A program made the translations under genes and the position numbers. Below the pieces are notes generated by a model. It searched no databases and was not told the origin of the DNA. It worked only from the letters and a program-made list of their open reading frames with translations. DNA of 64,000 bases from sequence record MK817115.1; one strand, 5' to 3'. This document shows, one piece after another, positions 18,989-31,221 of the stretch. Position 1 is the stretch's first letter, and each line of letters begins with the position of its first letter.

Positions 18989-20506
18989 TCAATCATTATT
19001 ATTTAATGATTTTAAAATTTGCACTGTTTCATCCTTTTTACCTGAAAGTAAAATGTCAGCAGCAAGTAGAGAAACCTCATCACCACGAGTTAGTAGTACT
19101 GTGATTTTTTTAGCATAAGGTGACTCTTTAATTTTAGAAGCTAATGATTGTACATCATCACCAGCAATTGTTTCAGATTTAGTTTCTGGTTCAGAAACTT
19201 CGTCTGGTTTTTGTTCAGATTCTGGTTCTTTCTTAGGTTCTTCTTTTGATTGAATTTGCTCAGTACCAGAGTCTACTTCAGGTGTTTCATCACTTTTAAC
19301 TTCTTTATCTTGTTCATATTTGGCAAGTAATTTAGCAGCAGTTGCTTTTGGTATAAACTTACCATCAGCACTAATGAATCTGTCACCACCAACATACGAA
19401 TATTCTTTGCCTTGTTTGGATTTAACTTTTGTACCGATTTTCATAGCACCGGAATTGTTATGACGGAAAATATCACGCTGTGCTGCTCGTTCAACACTTT
19501 TAGAAGCACTTGTGTTAAGTTGCTTTTTACTTTCGATATCATACCACAAGTTATTTTTCTTAGCGTATGTTTTTCCTTTAGAAGAAGTCATTCTATAACC
19601 GTCAGGAACAGTAATGCTTTCAAATTCTTCAATTTCTTCATCTGCTTCATTAATTGATTCTTTAGTTGCAAATACTGGCTGTTTAGCAGGTTGTGAAGCT
19701 TGTTGTGGCTTTTCACCTGAACCAAAACGTTGCTCACTATGTTCTTGTTCACCCGTTAATGTTGGAAAATCACTTGGGTTATTCTTAACAAATTGCTGAT
19801 ATGCATTAATAATTGCATGTGCATTTTGTTCTGGAATTACTACATTACCATCATTATCACAAAATTCTTTACCATTCCACTCACAACGTGTATTGCCTTG
19901 AACTAAGGTTGATTTGATTGGAATTAGTTTATTTTTAGAAGCTAACTGACGAGCAATACGCATACCTTCATCTGATAGTTTACGGGTCATTGCTGGATCA
20001 ACTGCTCGTCCTGATTTCATATCAACAAAACGGTGATTCTTTGGCACAAATTTAAAACCACTTACTTCCATACCTGCTGGAATTGATATATCATCAGCAT
20101 ATGGTGGAAGAATGTAAAATTTTAATGCATTCCATTCTTTTTGTAGTGTTTCTTTAGAAACATTATATACTCGATGATCATCTGCCATTAATTCAGTGAT
20201 GAATTCACTTTCAGTTAATAGAATTCCATCTTTTGAATTGAAACGGTTTTCACCAATAAATGTACACTCTTTACCTTCAACAATATATTTGTTACCAATC
20301 TTATATTCATTTGAAGCTAGATTGTGCTCGACAATCTGTTGTCGAGCACTTGCGTACATGGATGGGTATTTTCTAGGGTCTACCATTAACATATTATTGT
20401 CATTGAACCAGAATCCTTCAAGAAATACATATTTTGCACCAGTATGTGACGTATATACATATCCATTAGGAACTGTGGTAGTTTCAGTACTGAAAAAATT
20501 ATCCAT
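18989..20506 (-). CDS. Hypothetical structural protein with three internal repeats
   Basis: 505 aa; repeats begin TVPNGYVYTS, SIPAGMEVSG and TVPDGYRMTS. Confidence 0.55.
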   Translation of the reverse strand: MDNFFSTETTTVPNGYVYTSHTGAKYVFLEGFWFNDNNMLMVDPRKYPSMYASARQQIVEHNLASNEYKIGNKYIVEGKECTFIGENRFNSKDGILLTESEFITELMADDHRVYNVSKETLQKEWNALKFYILPPYADDISIPAGMEVSGFKFVPKNHRFVDMKSGRAVDPAMTRKLSDEGMRIARQLASKNKLIPIKSTLVQGNTRCEWNGKEFCDNDGNVVIPEQNAHAIINAYQQFVKNNPSDFPTLTGEQEHSEQRFGSGEKPQQASQPAKQPVFATKESINEADEEIEEFESITVPDGYRMTSSKGKTYAKKNNLWYDIESKKQLNTSASKSVERAAQRDIFRHNNSGAMKIGTKVKSKQGKEYSYVGGDRFISADGKFIPKATAAKLLAKYEQDKEVKSDETPEVDSGTEQIQSKEEPKKEPESEQKPDEVSEPETKSETIAGDDVQSLASKIKESPYAKKITVLLTRGDEVSLLAADILLSGKKDETVQILKSLNNND

Positions 20507-20519
20507 GTGTTGATTCTCC

Positions 20520-21062
20520 TTAAGAAAGCATACGTAACAGTTGGTCGCGTTGCTCTGGACTTAATTTTTGTAGAGCATCAGGGATACTGGAACCTTGTGC
20601 TTTTGGTTGTTCTTGTTGTGCTGGTTGCTCAGTTGAGGTCGATTGTGATGGTTGTGATTCTGAACTTTCTTCGCCACCTTGTTGGTCACGGTAGTCATTC
20701 ATTATATCACGAGCAGCATTTAATAGAGCAGTACCTACATCTTTTGGTGTAAAAGAACGACGAGGATTGTTCCCTAAATGTTTAATATCAAGATTGTTAC
20801 CTTTAAAAAACTGTGCCACATCAGCGTAAGGTACTGATGGTTGAGCTTTACCATATTTACGTCCAACATAACGTTTAAACTCTGCCCATAAGCGGTTGGC
20901 TTCAGCACCAACTTCTTGTGCACCTTGTTCAATCTGTCCACTACCAAAAAAGCCTTTTACTTTTCCTTTTGCACTATCAACTGCACTTTGTGAACGACTA
21001 TAAGGACGAGCTTCATTTAACTCATTGTCTTCATAATCTAACATTTCATTAAGTATACTCAT
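20520..21062 (-). CDS. Hypothetical protein (late operon)
   Basis: 180-aa ORF with AGGA RBS. Confidence 0.55.
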   Translation of the reverse strand: MSILNEMLDYEDNELNEARPYSRSQSAVDSAKGKVKGFFGSGQIEQGAQEVGAEANRLWAEFKRYVGRKYGKAQPSVPYADVAQFFKGNNLDIKHLGNNPRRSFTPKDVGTALLNAARDIMNDYRDQQGGEESSESQPSQSTSTEQPAQQEQPKAQGSSIPDALQKLSPEQRDQLLRMLS

Positions 21063-21065
21063 GTG

Positions 21066-21602
21066 TTAATCCTTTTTACCAAAACCAGCACTCATATATT
21101 GAGAGTATTTATTGTCTTTTTTCGATGCTTCAATTGCATCATCAACGGCAGTGTTTGCACGTTGTTGTCCAGCTAAGTCATAACTGTCTTCTGGTTTACC
21201 AAAATCCACTCCAATAACTGGTTCATCAACATCATCAAAATCGATATCATCTTCCAAATCAGTCATTTCAATTTGACGAGGTTCATCTTTACTACGAACA
21301 CGAATCAATGCTTCTGTCATGCTTAGTAAATTGCCAATTTCATACATTAGTACATTTGATTGAACGCCACGATGACATTTAAAGTCAAACATCCAAATTT
21401 CACCACAATCTAATTCATAGAAATCTAATGGTTTTTCCATAAAAATTGTTTTCTTTAGTGCTCCAATTTCAAACGCATCATAGCGATCCATTAGTCGCTG
21501 TGTTACTTTACTAAGTTGCTCAGGTGTTGGTTCAACTGCAAACTTAACTCGGTATTCATAAACTGGTTTCTTTTCAGTTAGGATTTGTTGTAATCTATTC
21601 AT
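21066..21602 (-). CDS. Conserved large-phage hypothetical protein
   Basis: 178 aa, GGAG RBS, TAAATA upstream. Confidence 0.55.
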   Translation of the reverse strand: MNRLQQILTEKKPVYEYRVKFAVEPTPEQLSKVTQRLMDRYDAFEIGALKKTIFMEKPLDFYELDCGEIWMFDFKCHRGVQSNVLMYEIGNLLSMTEALIRVRSKDEPRQIEMTDLEDDIDFDDVDEPVIGVDFGKPEDSYDLAGQQRANTAVDDAIEASKKDNKYSQYMSAGFGKKD

Positions 21603-21629
21603 TTTAATAACTCCATAAGGTCGTTTAAG

Positions 21630-23737
<2,108 letters not shown>

Positions 23738-23748
23738 TCATTATCTCC

Positions 23749-24525
23749 TTAAAATCCTACACTACCAAAAACACGATCAATGATATCTAAACCTTGATTG
23801 ACATTTTCAGGTAAAAGTGAATTAATTCTGGTACTATACATTTCTTCAATATTATCAAATTGTATACAATTATCTGGTTTGATAGTAACTACCATTTCAA
23901 CTGGAGAACTTGAGCTATAATCTAATGAATCGTATGATATGTTTTGAATAACACATCCGGTTAAAACAAAGTATTCCATAACACCAGCACTGTTATATGA
24001 AGAACCACCAATAAATTGATCTACTGCATTTACTAAGCCAGAATTATTTGTTGCAGCAGTTGCAGCATCTACTAGAGTATCTCTTCCTAGATTTCCTAGT
24101 GTATCATCTGAGTTACGTCCACTCAACATCTGTATAACCAAACCAAATTTATAAGAACCATAATCTTGGTCATTTCTGGAAGTTATTCTACGTTGAAAGT
24201 CAAGTTGTTTTTGTAATTGTCGTGATAATGCTTTTGCTGATGCATTACCAACTGAATCACGGATAGATATTGTAATTGGTTCCCAATCATGACTACCTAT
24301 ATAGGAAGTATTAGTAGTAAATTGATATAGTTTATGAGTACTAAATGTTACAGTAGGTCTATCAATTTTATCAACATCTAATGCGATGTGATCACGTTCA
24401 TCTATATCAGTACCGAAATTATACACAATAACACGAAACTTGTATTTTGCTTTCGGTTGTAGCATTGAACGATTACGCCCCGATGGTAAAGGAACGCCAT
24501 ATTTATTAATCATGTTATTTGCCAT
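23749..24525 (-). CDS. Tail tube protein paralog
   Basis: KYGVPL...QPKAKYKFRV and WEPITISIRDSVGNASAKAL shared with 24620..25306. Confidence 0.75.
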   Translation of the reverse strand: MANNMINKYGVPLPSGRNRSMLQPKAKYKFRVIVYNFGTDIDERDHIALDVDKIDRPTVTFSTHKLYQFTTNTSYIGSHDWEPITISIRDSVGNASAKALSRQLQKQLDFQRRITSRNDQDYGSYKFGLVIQMLSGRNSDDTLGNLGRDTLVDAATAATNNSGLVNAVDQFIGGSSYNSAGVMEYFVLTGCVIQNISYDSLDYSSSSPVEMVVTIKPDNCIQFDNIEEMYSTRINSLLPENVNQGLDIIDRVFGSVGF

Positions 24526-24619
24526 AGCAACCTCTTTTTATTTTATAAGGCATTATACTTTATTTAGCATAAAAAAAGCCCCGAATAGATTCGAGGCTAT
24601 ATATTAAGTTTAAATAAAA

Positions 24620-25306
24620 TTAATTTTCGTAGAAGTTACTATCTGGTAGAGTAGTACTACTAATATTAGTTTGTGCACCAGAAATAGAGGTAGCAGTTGA
24701 TGGATTACCGAAGCCACTAACTTCATCACCGAACGCTTCGCCATTTGGACCCAATTTAGCACAACCATCTGGTTGAACAGTCATTGAAATAACTTGTGCT
24801 TCACTTGAGGAATAATCCCAATCACCAAAGTTGCTGGATTCAATAAAGCAACCTTGACATACCCAAGTACTCAATGTTCCTTCAAACAAGTTTGTTGTAT
24901 TTTCACTATTAGAACCATCAAGCTCTTGAATCCACATTTCAAATTTAAATTGTGAATCTGTCATGCGAGATTCTTGACTGTAGTAGTTGAATTCTTTACG
25001 CATTTGGTTGTATAGTGCTTTAGCAGAAGCATTACCTACTGAGTCACGGAAAGCAACATCAATTGTATCCCAAGTGTACTTACCTTTATAGTGTGCAGAA
25101 CTGTTGTAACTATGAACAGTAACATTTTCATGTGATACAGATACTGCCCCAACTGTATTGGTGTCTAGTGTAATCATATTACCATCATCATTAGTACCAA
25201 AACCAAAGAAAATAACACGAAATTTGTATTTTGCTTTTGGTTGTTTCATAGAGATACGACCACCGCCAGCGAGCGGTACGCCATATCGATCAAGCATTGT
25301 AGCCAT
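24620..25306 (-). CDS. Major tail tube protein (gp19-like)
   Basis: Follows the sheath gene; GKYTWDTIDVAFRD and W..QGCF...N.GD.DY.SS tube motifs; TAAATA upstream. Confidence 0.82.
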   Translation of the reverse strand: MATMLDRYGVPLAGGGRISMKQPKAKYKFRVIFFGFGTNDDGNMITLDTNTVGAVSVSHENVTVHSYNSSAHYKGKYTWDTIDVAFRDSVGNASAKALYNQMRKEFNYYSQESRMTDSQFKFEMWIQELDGSNSENTTNLFEGTLSTWVCQGCFIESSNFGDWDYSSSEAQVISMTVQPDGCAKLGPNGEAFGDEVSGFGNPSTATSISGAQTNISSTTLPDSNFYEN

Positions 25307-25366
25307 TTATATTCTCCTATTATGGAATGACATCTTTATATTATTTATCTATCTGGAAGTATATTT

Positions 25367-25622
25367 TTAATTAACTAAAGTGTCATCAACAGGGAACCAA
25401 TTAATATTAACACAATATAAGTATCTTTTTCGTTTAGTGTGGTCAATATAGTTTACTGATATAGACCATTTTCCATTTGTGTATACTTCGTATTTTTCAA
25501 TTATACCGACAATCTTCCAAATTTTTTAAAAATATATTTAGTATGTGTACTGATTCCAACTGAGTTAAAACTATTTTACTGACATCTTGTATTGTTTTTT
25601 TTAGTATTTCTTCCATATCCAT
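25367..25622 (-). pseudogene. Unannotated ~84-aa ORF broken by one extra base in an A6 run (frameshift or sequencing error)
   Basis: MDMEEILKK...NIFLK in one frame continues as IWKIVGIIEKYEV...DDTLVN* in the +1 frame; the span is 256 nt = 3n+1. Confidence 0.5.
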
Positions 25623-25701
25623 AATGTTCCTTTATAACATCAATATAAAGGTATTTAATTTTAATCAATAAAAAAGGGAACCAAAAGGTTCCCTTAGTGT
25701 T

Positions 25702-28365
25702 TTATTGAGTTTTCTCGATACGGATTGGTACGTAAATGAAGTTAATACTCTTAGTTGGTTGAATTGCAATATCCATCCAAAGTTCATTACGGTCAATACG
25801 CTCTGCGGTGTTGTTACTTTCATCACAAACCACTGCGAAGTTATAAAGACCCTGTTGTTGAACAATTTCAGCCAAGAAGCTATTAACTACACCACTAAAT
25901 TCCTGACGAGTACTTGGAGTATTCAAACGGAATAGGAATGGTTCGGAAATAATTTCTAGTTGACGACGAATATAAACAACTAAACGAGCAACGTTAACAC
26001 GACTTAGTGCAGAAGTTTGATTAGCAGATAGAGTTTTATCTCCATAAACAAGCAAACCACGGTTAGGACGCATTGCAATTGGGTTAATGTTGTTAGTATA
26101 CATAACGTCACGTTGACCTTGGTTGTATACTACTGGTTGATATTCACCTTCGCTGTTGATAAAACCAGTACTTGCAGCGTTTGTTACAACACCACGAGTT
26201 GTACCAGCAGGTGGATACCATACATAACTAACACTATCACTGTATGCATATGTACGCATTGCAATAGTACTACCAGGAACTGCAACTTCTTCACCATCAA
26301 CGTTAGTACTTAGACACCAACCCATATACTGAGCAGCATAATCATAAGCAGTTGTACGACCAACTGAACCGTTGCTTGGTGCATTGTTAGCATTAGTAGC
26401 CCATTGTTGTACAGCACTACCGTTTCCGGTTGGATTCAAACGTGCTGGAACGTCAGTAACAATAAATGCAGTTTCTTTACGATCAGTGTTTAAAGTTACA
26501 CATTCATCAAGTGTTTCAACGTAACCAGGTACACAAATTAGGTTAAAATCAATAAATTCAGAACGAATGTCATCATTACCAATAATAACAGCAGCTAGTG
26601 CTTCAACTACTAGTTGACGTTGTGCAGCACGACCAAATAGGCCAGCACCATCAAGACTTACACCACTAACAACTTCCCATTGACCATTAACCATTTTCTT
26701 AACAACACCTTCAGTGTTACCTAGGTCAACTGCAAGCATACCATTTTGATACAATGCCGCAGCAGGAACTTGGCTTGGGAAATTAAAGTCTTGGAAAATC
26801 ATACCATTTAGTGTACTTTGATCAGTACTGTCAAGTTTAACCCATTCACCATCAACGTTACGATAGAAATCATAACCATCAATGCCTTGAGACAAAGGAC
26901 AAACCCAAATTAAACGGTCAGCCGCTGGTTCATCAACTTGTACATATTTGTTTTCTTCTTGTACTAGATCCCATTCATCATTAGCAACATCAGCAACATA
27001 CATAGTTACAGTTAGATTATCGGAGTTCCCGAAATCATACCAGAGAGTTCCTTCTTTTGCTACACTACGTGGTACTGAATAACTAACACGGAAGTTATTA
27101 ACGTTAATTAGAGAGTAGTTGTTACTATCTACAGTTAGTTTTTGTAGTTCAGGTTCAGCAAAAATATCATCACCACTTTGTGTGATTTTGAAACTGTAAC
27201 CTTTTGTATTGGAAACAACTAAACCACCATTAGTTTCACGTTTAAATTTAAAACCATCGTTAATAATTTCAGCATTTGCATTTAGATTATTGATGATAGT
27301 TTGGGTATTAATAACACCGCCTTGTGGAACTGCTAGTACTTTAACTGATTTATTCAAATAAACAAAAGTCATATAACTATCAGCACCTGCTTGTTCAATA
27401 ATAGTTTCACCAAGTGGCAAAGCAGGAGCACTAATTGTTGTTAGTTTTGCACTTTGAATATAGAAAGAGAAACTCTTACTATCTTCATCAAAACGAGATG
27501 CGATATAACTATTGTTTAGTACACCACTTTTCGCTTCAATTTCTTGGAATGAATTACCAGTATATGCTGGTACAATATTCCAAACTTGAGTTAGGGATGC
27601 ATAACGTTTAATAACAAAACGAGTACCAAAATAGTTTGAACCATTTTGGGTGTAACCATCACGAATCCAAATGTTACCTTTTTCTACAGTTGAGCCAACT
27701 GGAACTTTGTTAATTGGTGATAGATAAGTTTCCATTTGCACTAGCCCAGAAGCAGAACGTTTATACATTAGCATCTGACCATTGCTTGGTTTGTAACGTA
27801 GAACTAAATCATCAACATTTAAACCTACTAGACTTACATCTTCAACTTCTTCAGCACTTACAATAGTTACTGGCTTAAGTTGCCAATCATAAAAACTGCT
27901 TGGACTATCTTTCTTCGCTACATACGCTTCTACTTGTGATTGTGCGGTATCAAACCACAAAGTACCATTGGATACTGGGCCAGTTGGTGCTTCAGCACTT
28001 GGTGCTAGTTGTGCTAGATCGATATCAGCACGAATTACATATGCACGGTTAGTAATGCCTAGATAAGAATATACTGCATGTAGGCCATATTCGTTTAGTT
28101 CATCACCTTGAACAACAGAACCGTTATTCATTTGAAAAATTGGTGTACCATAGGTATCAAGTGAGCTTTTTTGTGATGTTAGAAGCTGTAGTTTTCCAGC
28201 GTTTGCTTTAGTAGTTCCCGCAGCTATTGCACTGCTTCCTGGGACAAGTTTGTCTTCAGCAGTAGCGATTACAAATAGTGGTACAGTGCCAGGAGCAGCA
28301 GCGGTACTCATACTTTCATCAGTTACTGAAATGGAAACGCCAGGTGAGAGTAGATCTCCTGCCAT
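25702..28365 (-). CDS. Contractile tail sheath protein (gp18-like), 887 aa
   Basis: LLSPGVSISVTDES start, GDELNEYGL, WYPPAGTTRGVV, LYTNNINPI-type motif, YGDKTL...SRVNVARL and VCDESNNT..IDRNELW.DIAIQP. Confidence 0.96.
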   Translation of the reverse strand: MAGDLLSPGVSISVTDESMSTAAAPGTVPLFVIATAEDKLVPGSSAIAAGTTKANAGKLQLLTSQKSSLDTYGTPIFQMNNGSVVQGDELNEYGLHAVYSYLGITNRAYVIRADIDLAQLAPSAEAPTGPVSNGTLWFDTAQSQVEAYVAKKDSPSSFYDWQLKPVTIVSAEEVEDVSLVGLNVDDLVLRYKPSNGQMLMYKRSASGLVQMETYLSPINKVPVGSTVEKGNIWIRDGYTQNGSNYFGTRFVIKRYASLTQVWNIVPAYTGNSFQEIEAKSGVLNNSYIASRFDEDSKSFSFYIQSAKLTTISAPALPLGETIIEQAGADSYMTFVYLNKSVKVLAVPQGGVINTQTIINNLNANAEIINDGFKFKRETNGGLVVSNTKGYSFKITQSGDDIFAEPELQKLTVDSNNYSLINVNNFRVSYSVPRSVAKEGTLWYDFGNSDNLTVTMYVADVANDEWDLVQEENKYVQVDEPAADRLIWVCPLSQGIDGYDFYRNVDGEWVKLDSTDQSTLNGMIFQDFNFPSQVPAAALYQNGMLAVDLGNTEGVVKKMVNGQWEVVSGVSLDGAGLFGRAAQRQLVVEALAAVIIGNDDIRSEFIDFNLICVPGYVETLDECVTLNTDRKETAFIVTDVPARLNPTGNGSAVQQWATNANNAPSNGSVGRTTAYDYAAQYMGWCLSTNVDGEEVAVPGSTIAMRTYAYSDSVSYVWYPPAGTTRGVVTNAASTGFINSEGEYQPVVYNQGQRDVMYTNNINPIAMRPNRGLLVYGDKTLSANQTSALSRVNVARLVVYIRRQLEIISEPFLFRLNTPSTRQEFSGVVNSFLAEIVQQQGLYNFAVVCDESNNTAERIDRNELWMDIAIQPTKSINFIYVPIRIEKTQ

Positions 28366-28459
28366 ATTAAATCCTCCAAAAATAATTGGTTATTCGAAAT
28401 ATATTCGTATAGTCTTATTTATTGAAGGATTTAATTGTCCAGTCCTTATTGTTTATAAT

Positions 28460-29086
28460 TTATGTATTAGAATAAATAATGTCCATTGCTTTTTTATGTA
28501 AATCATCAATAGTACTGTTATTCTGTACAATTATATCAGGATTGTTTATGCCAATCCAAGCCCACTCAGATTCGTGTACTGATTCTAGTTCAACTGGTTT
28601 AATATTAATATCCCCTTTATTATAAGAGGCCGCCAAACCATACCAATGTGGTAGAACACGTTGAACTTCAATAATAGTCCCATTTTGCGATCTAATCATT
28701 TTTAATTCATTTGGAAAACGGCAATCAGTGATGATGATATTTCCATCTATTTCTTGCATTGATTTTTCTAAACTGAATACCCAAATATCATTATGAAAAT
28801 ACTTACGCAAAATATTAGTACCATAATTCTGCAATACCCATCGAGGGGATACATCACTACGACCTAACTTATCACACCAGTACTGGTCCGGTTCTTCACG
28901 AATCTTACGACTTTCCTTAGTTGAACCTTCAAGCATTTCACGATCCCATCCAAAAATAGCAGCAACGGAATCTTTAAGATTAGTTGCAAATGACATTCTG
29001 GTGTAACCATTATTAATAAAAGTTTCTCCAAAAGTATCTTTACCACTTCCAATAGTACCGTTAATTGCAATTATTTGTCTTTCCAT
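28460..29086 (-). CDS. Deoxynucleoside monophosphate kinase (T4 gp1-like)
   Basis: GTIGSGKDT P-loop, SFATNLKD, PRWVLQNYGT..R and ITDCRFPNE. Confidence 0.92.
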   Translation of the reverse strand: MERQIIAINGTIGSGKDTFGETFINNGYTRMSFATNLKDSVAAIFGWDREMLEGSTKESRKIREEPDQYWCDKLGRSDVSPRWVLQNYGTNILRKYFHNDIWVFSLEKSMQEIDGNIIITDCRFPNELKMIRSQNGTIIEVQRVLPHWYGLAASYNKGDINIKPVELESVHESEWAWIGINNPDIIVQNNSTIDDLHKKAMDIIYSNT

Positions 29087-29104
29087 AATACTTCTCCATG
29101 TATA

Positions 29105-29374
29105 TTATATAAGTACTACTAAATCCTTTCCTACTAAACATTCAAGTAATTGAACTATAAACTCGCTCCCATAATATATAGTAACATAAGTGATGTAGAA
29201 TGTTTCTCCATTATCATCACGACATATACTCGCCCACGCGTTTATTCGATCTCTACCGAAAACATCAACGATTGATTCTTTTAAAAATTTCCAGAATTTT
29301 TCAGTTGACTCATAATCTAATGTAGGTGCACCACAACTATATTTGTTATACATTGCATCTATGTTGTTATTCAT
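29105..29374 (-). CDS. Hypothetical protein
   Basis: 89-aa ORF downstream of an extended -10 (TGTGATATAAT at 29402). Confidence 0.5.
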   Translation of the reverse strand: MNNNIDAMYNKYSCGAPTLDYESTEKFWKFLKESIVDVFGRDRINAWASICRDDNGETFYITYVTIYYGSEFIVQLLECLVGKDLVVLI

Positions 29375-29450
29375 GTTAGGTTCCTTAAGATTAATATTAT
29401 CATTATATCACATAATGTGAAAAAGACTCCATATAGGAGTCTTTTTTAAT

Positions 29451-30242
29451 TTAACCAATAATCATACCTAGTGGTTCAGCACCATCTTGATAACGTTTCA
29501 AACGCTCTTTAAGCTGTTCCTGAAGTTGTAATCCTTCATTACGTAATGTATCACCATCCATAGAAAACGTTCCCTGTGGACCTGGAAGAGAAGCAAATTT
29601 GGCACGGTTACGACCCAACATAATCATGGCTTCAGACAATGCCCAATCACGTAGCCAAGGATAACTTTGCTGTCTTTGAAACAACAATGGTTCAGGAATA
29701 TTATGATATACGTGTAATAGTACTTCTTCAGTACCGCGAATATCACGATCTATAATTAATTTTTTGGTCATTGGGTTAAATTGAAATATAATATCACGAC
29801 CAAACATACGACCTACCAGTTCTTGGAACTGAAAACTAAAATCATATGTAGTTAGATCATATCCACCTGCATTTCGTGCTGAAGTCAATAAGTAAGTGTT
29901 GGTGAATGCTAGAGAAAACGGATCTACTGAGTTCCCACTACCAGAACTTAAGTAACCATTACCATAACGATAAATCTTTTTAACAATTTCAACTTCAGTT
30001 GGTAGCATATATACAGATTGTGAATCATAAAATTTCATATTTAAAAATGCTTCTTCTTTAGAAGCAGAACTCCACGCTCTGTAATTCGATACCGCATTAT
30101 CAATTGCAATTTCTAATTGACCATCAGTAATTTCTACCTCAACGGCCCCAGCACCCAACATTTGAGTGATAACATCTTTCAGTTTTTCACGATGGTCAAA
30201 GTTAGGAGCATCAGGGTTTCCACCCATATAATCGTAAGACAT
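29451..30242 (-). CDS. Neck protein (T4 gp13-like)
   Basis: LGAGAVEVEITDGQLEIAIDNA...WLRDWALSEAMIMLGRNRAKF..LPG..G.FSMDG; GAGGTG RBS favours the start at 30242. Confidence 0.85.
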   Translation of the reverse strand: MSYDYMGGNPDAPNFDHREKLKDVITQMLGAGAVEVEITDGQLEIAIDNAVSNYRAWSSASKEEAFLNMKFYDSQSVYMLPTEVEIVKKIYRYGNGYLSSGSGNSVDPFSLAFTNTYLLTSARNAGGYDLTTYDFSFQFQELVGRMFGRDIIFQFNPMTKKLIIDRDIRGTEEVLLHVYHNIPEPLLFQRQQSYPWLRDWALSEAMIMLGRNRAKFASLPGPQGTFSMDGDTLRNEGLQLQEQLKERLKRYQDGAEPLGMIIG

Positions 30243-30292
30243 AAAAAAGCACCTCATTAATGTTTATATACATTATTTAGAGGTGCTAATAG

Positions 30293-30511
30293 TTATTTTG
30301 AATTATACAAGCAGTACAGGTATACCAATGGAGTAAAATGCTCGGAATCTATTATATATATTAACTGAGTAACATATATTCCATATAGATCTCGTGATTT
30401 ATCTCTGTACATTAACAATGATTTATTTAAGTAAGGATCAACCCAGTACTTAATATCATTGTACTTCAACGTGTTGTTACGGTAACCTGACAGTTTCGAA
30501 TTTTTATTCAA
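30293..30511 (-). CDS. Small hypothetical protein
   Basis: 72-aa ORF overlapping the upstream stop. Confidence 0.4.
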   Translation of the reverse strand: MNKNSKLSGYRNNTLKYNDIKYWVDPYLNKSLLMYRDKSRDLYGIYVTQLIYIIDSEHFTPLVYLYCLYNSK

Positions 30512-30881
30512 TTTTCTTACAATTACTCAGTAAGTGAATGATATCATCAGCAGTGAATGGTCCCAATACCAGAACTTCTTCACCATTACCGAAAATGCTC
30601 AATGGTACTGATTGCTGACCAGCTAGATATTCAATTTGTTCCAGTTCGAAAATGTCATCAGCAGCATAAACTACCTGCTCCATTTCATTATCTTTAATCC
30701 ATGACTGCCAATGTTCTTTAAACTTCTTAGCTTCGTATTCTTGAACATAGTTAGGTGATTCAGGGTTGTATTGATGTAACATAGTCATCCCAGCCATTAC
30801 TAATTCTTTAGGGGATGGTGTAGAATCTTTCAGTACTACGATAGCTTGGATAGTTTTTACTTTAACGTCATTAGCAGCCAT
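30504..30881 (-). CDS. Degenerate peptidyl-tRNA hydrolase 2 (PTH2)-fold protein
   Basis: QAIVVLKD, W..W...QVVY...ELEQIEYLA...VP and VLVLGP....I..L match the PTH2 layout; the AAQ.xH and DAG motifs are absent. Confidence 0.5.
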   Translation of the reverse strand: MAANDVKVKTIQAIVVLKDSTPSPKELVMAGMTMLHQYNPESPNYVQEYEAKKFKEHWQSWIKDNEMEQVVYAADDIFELEQIEYLAGQQSVPLSIFGNGEEVLVLGPFTADDIIHLLSNCKKIE

Positions 30882-30893
30882 TATATACCTCTA

Positions 30894-31202
30894 TTATAGA
30901 ATGATTTTATTCTCAGGAACGAAAACTTTTGGAGTGTTTTCGATTGCTTTAATAGCATCAACATAAGCATCAACTAATGCAGGGTTTGCATCACTAACAC
31001 TAATAATGTTGGATTTATAAAAAATAACATTTTTCTCCATACTAACAAACTCTAGATAATCACGAAGAATGATTTCACCATTTTCGTCAGTCCCTAGTTG
31101 TGCTGGGTAGTTAACTACAACAGCTTCAGCAGAATCGGTTTGTAGAACTGCTAGTACTGGGCCAATGTTATTGATGTTTAGTAGTTTAACGGTCATAGTC
31201 AT
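30894..31202 (-). CDS. Small beta-rich hypothetical protein (possibly Sm-like)
   Basis: ~102 aa, AGGA RBS; fold is inference. Confidence 0.5.
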   Translation of the reverse strand: MTMTVKLLNINNIGPVLAVLQTDSAEAVVVNYPAQLGTDENGEIILRDYLEFVSMEKNVIFYKSNIISVSDANPALVDAYVDAIKAIENTPKVFVPENKIIL

Positions 31203-31221
31203 TTTTGTCAAGTCCTTTTGT

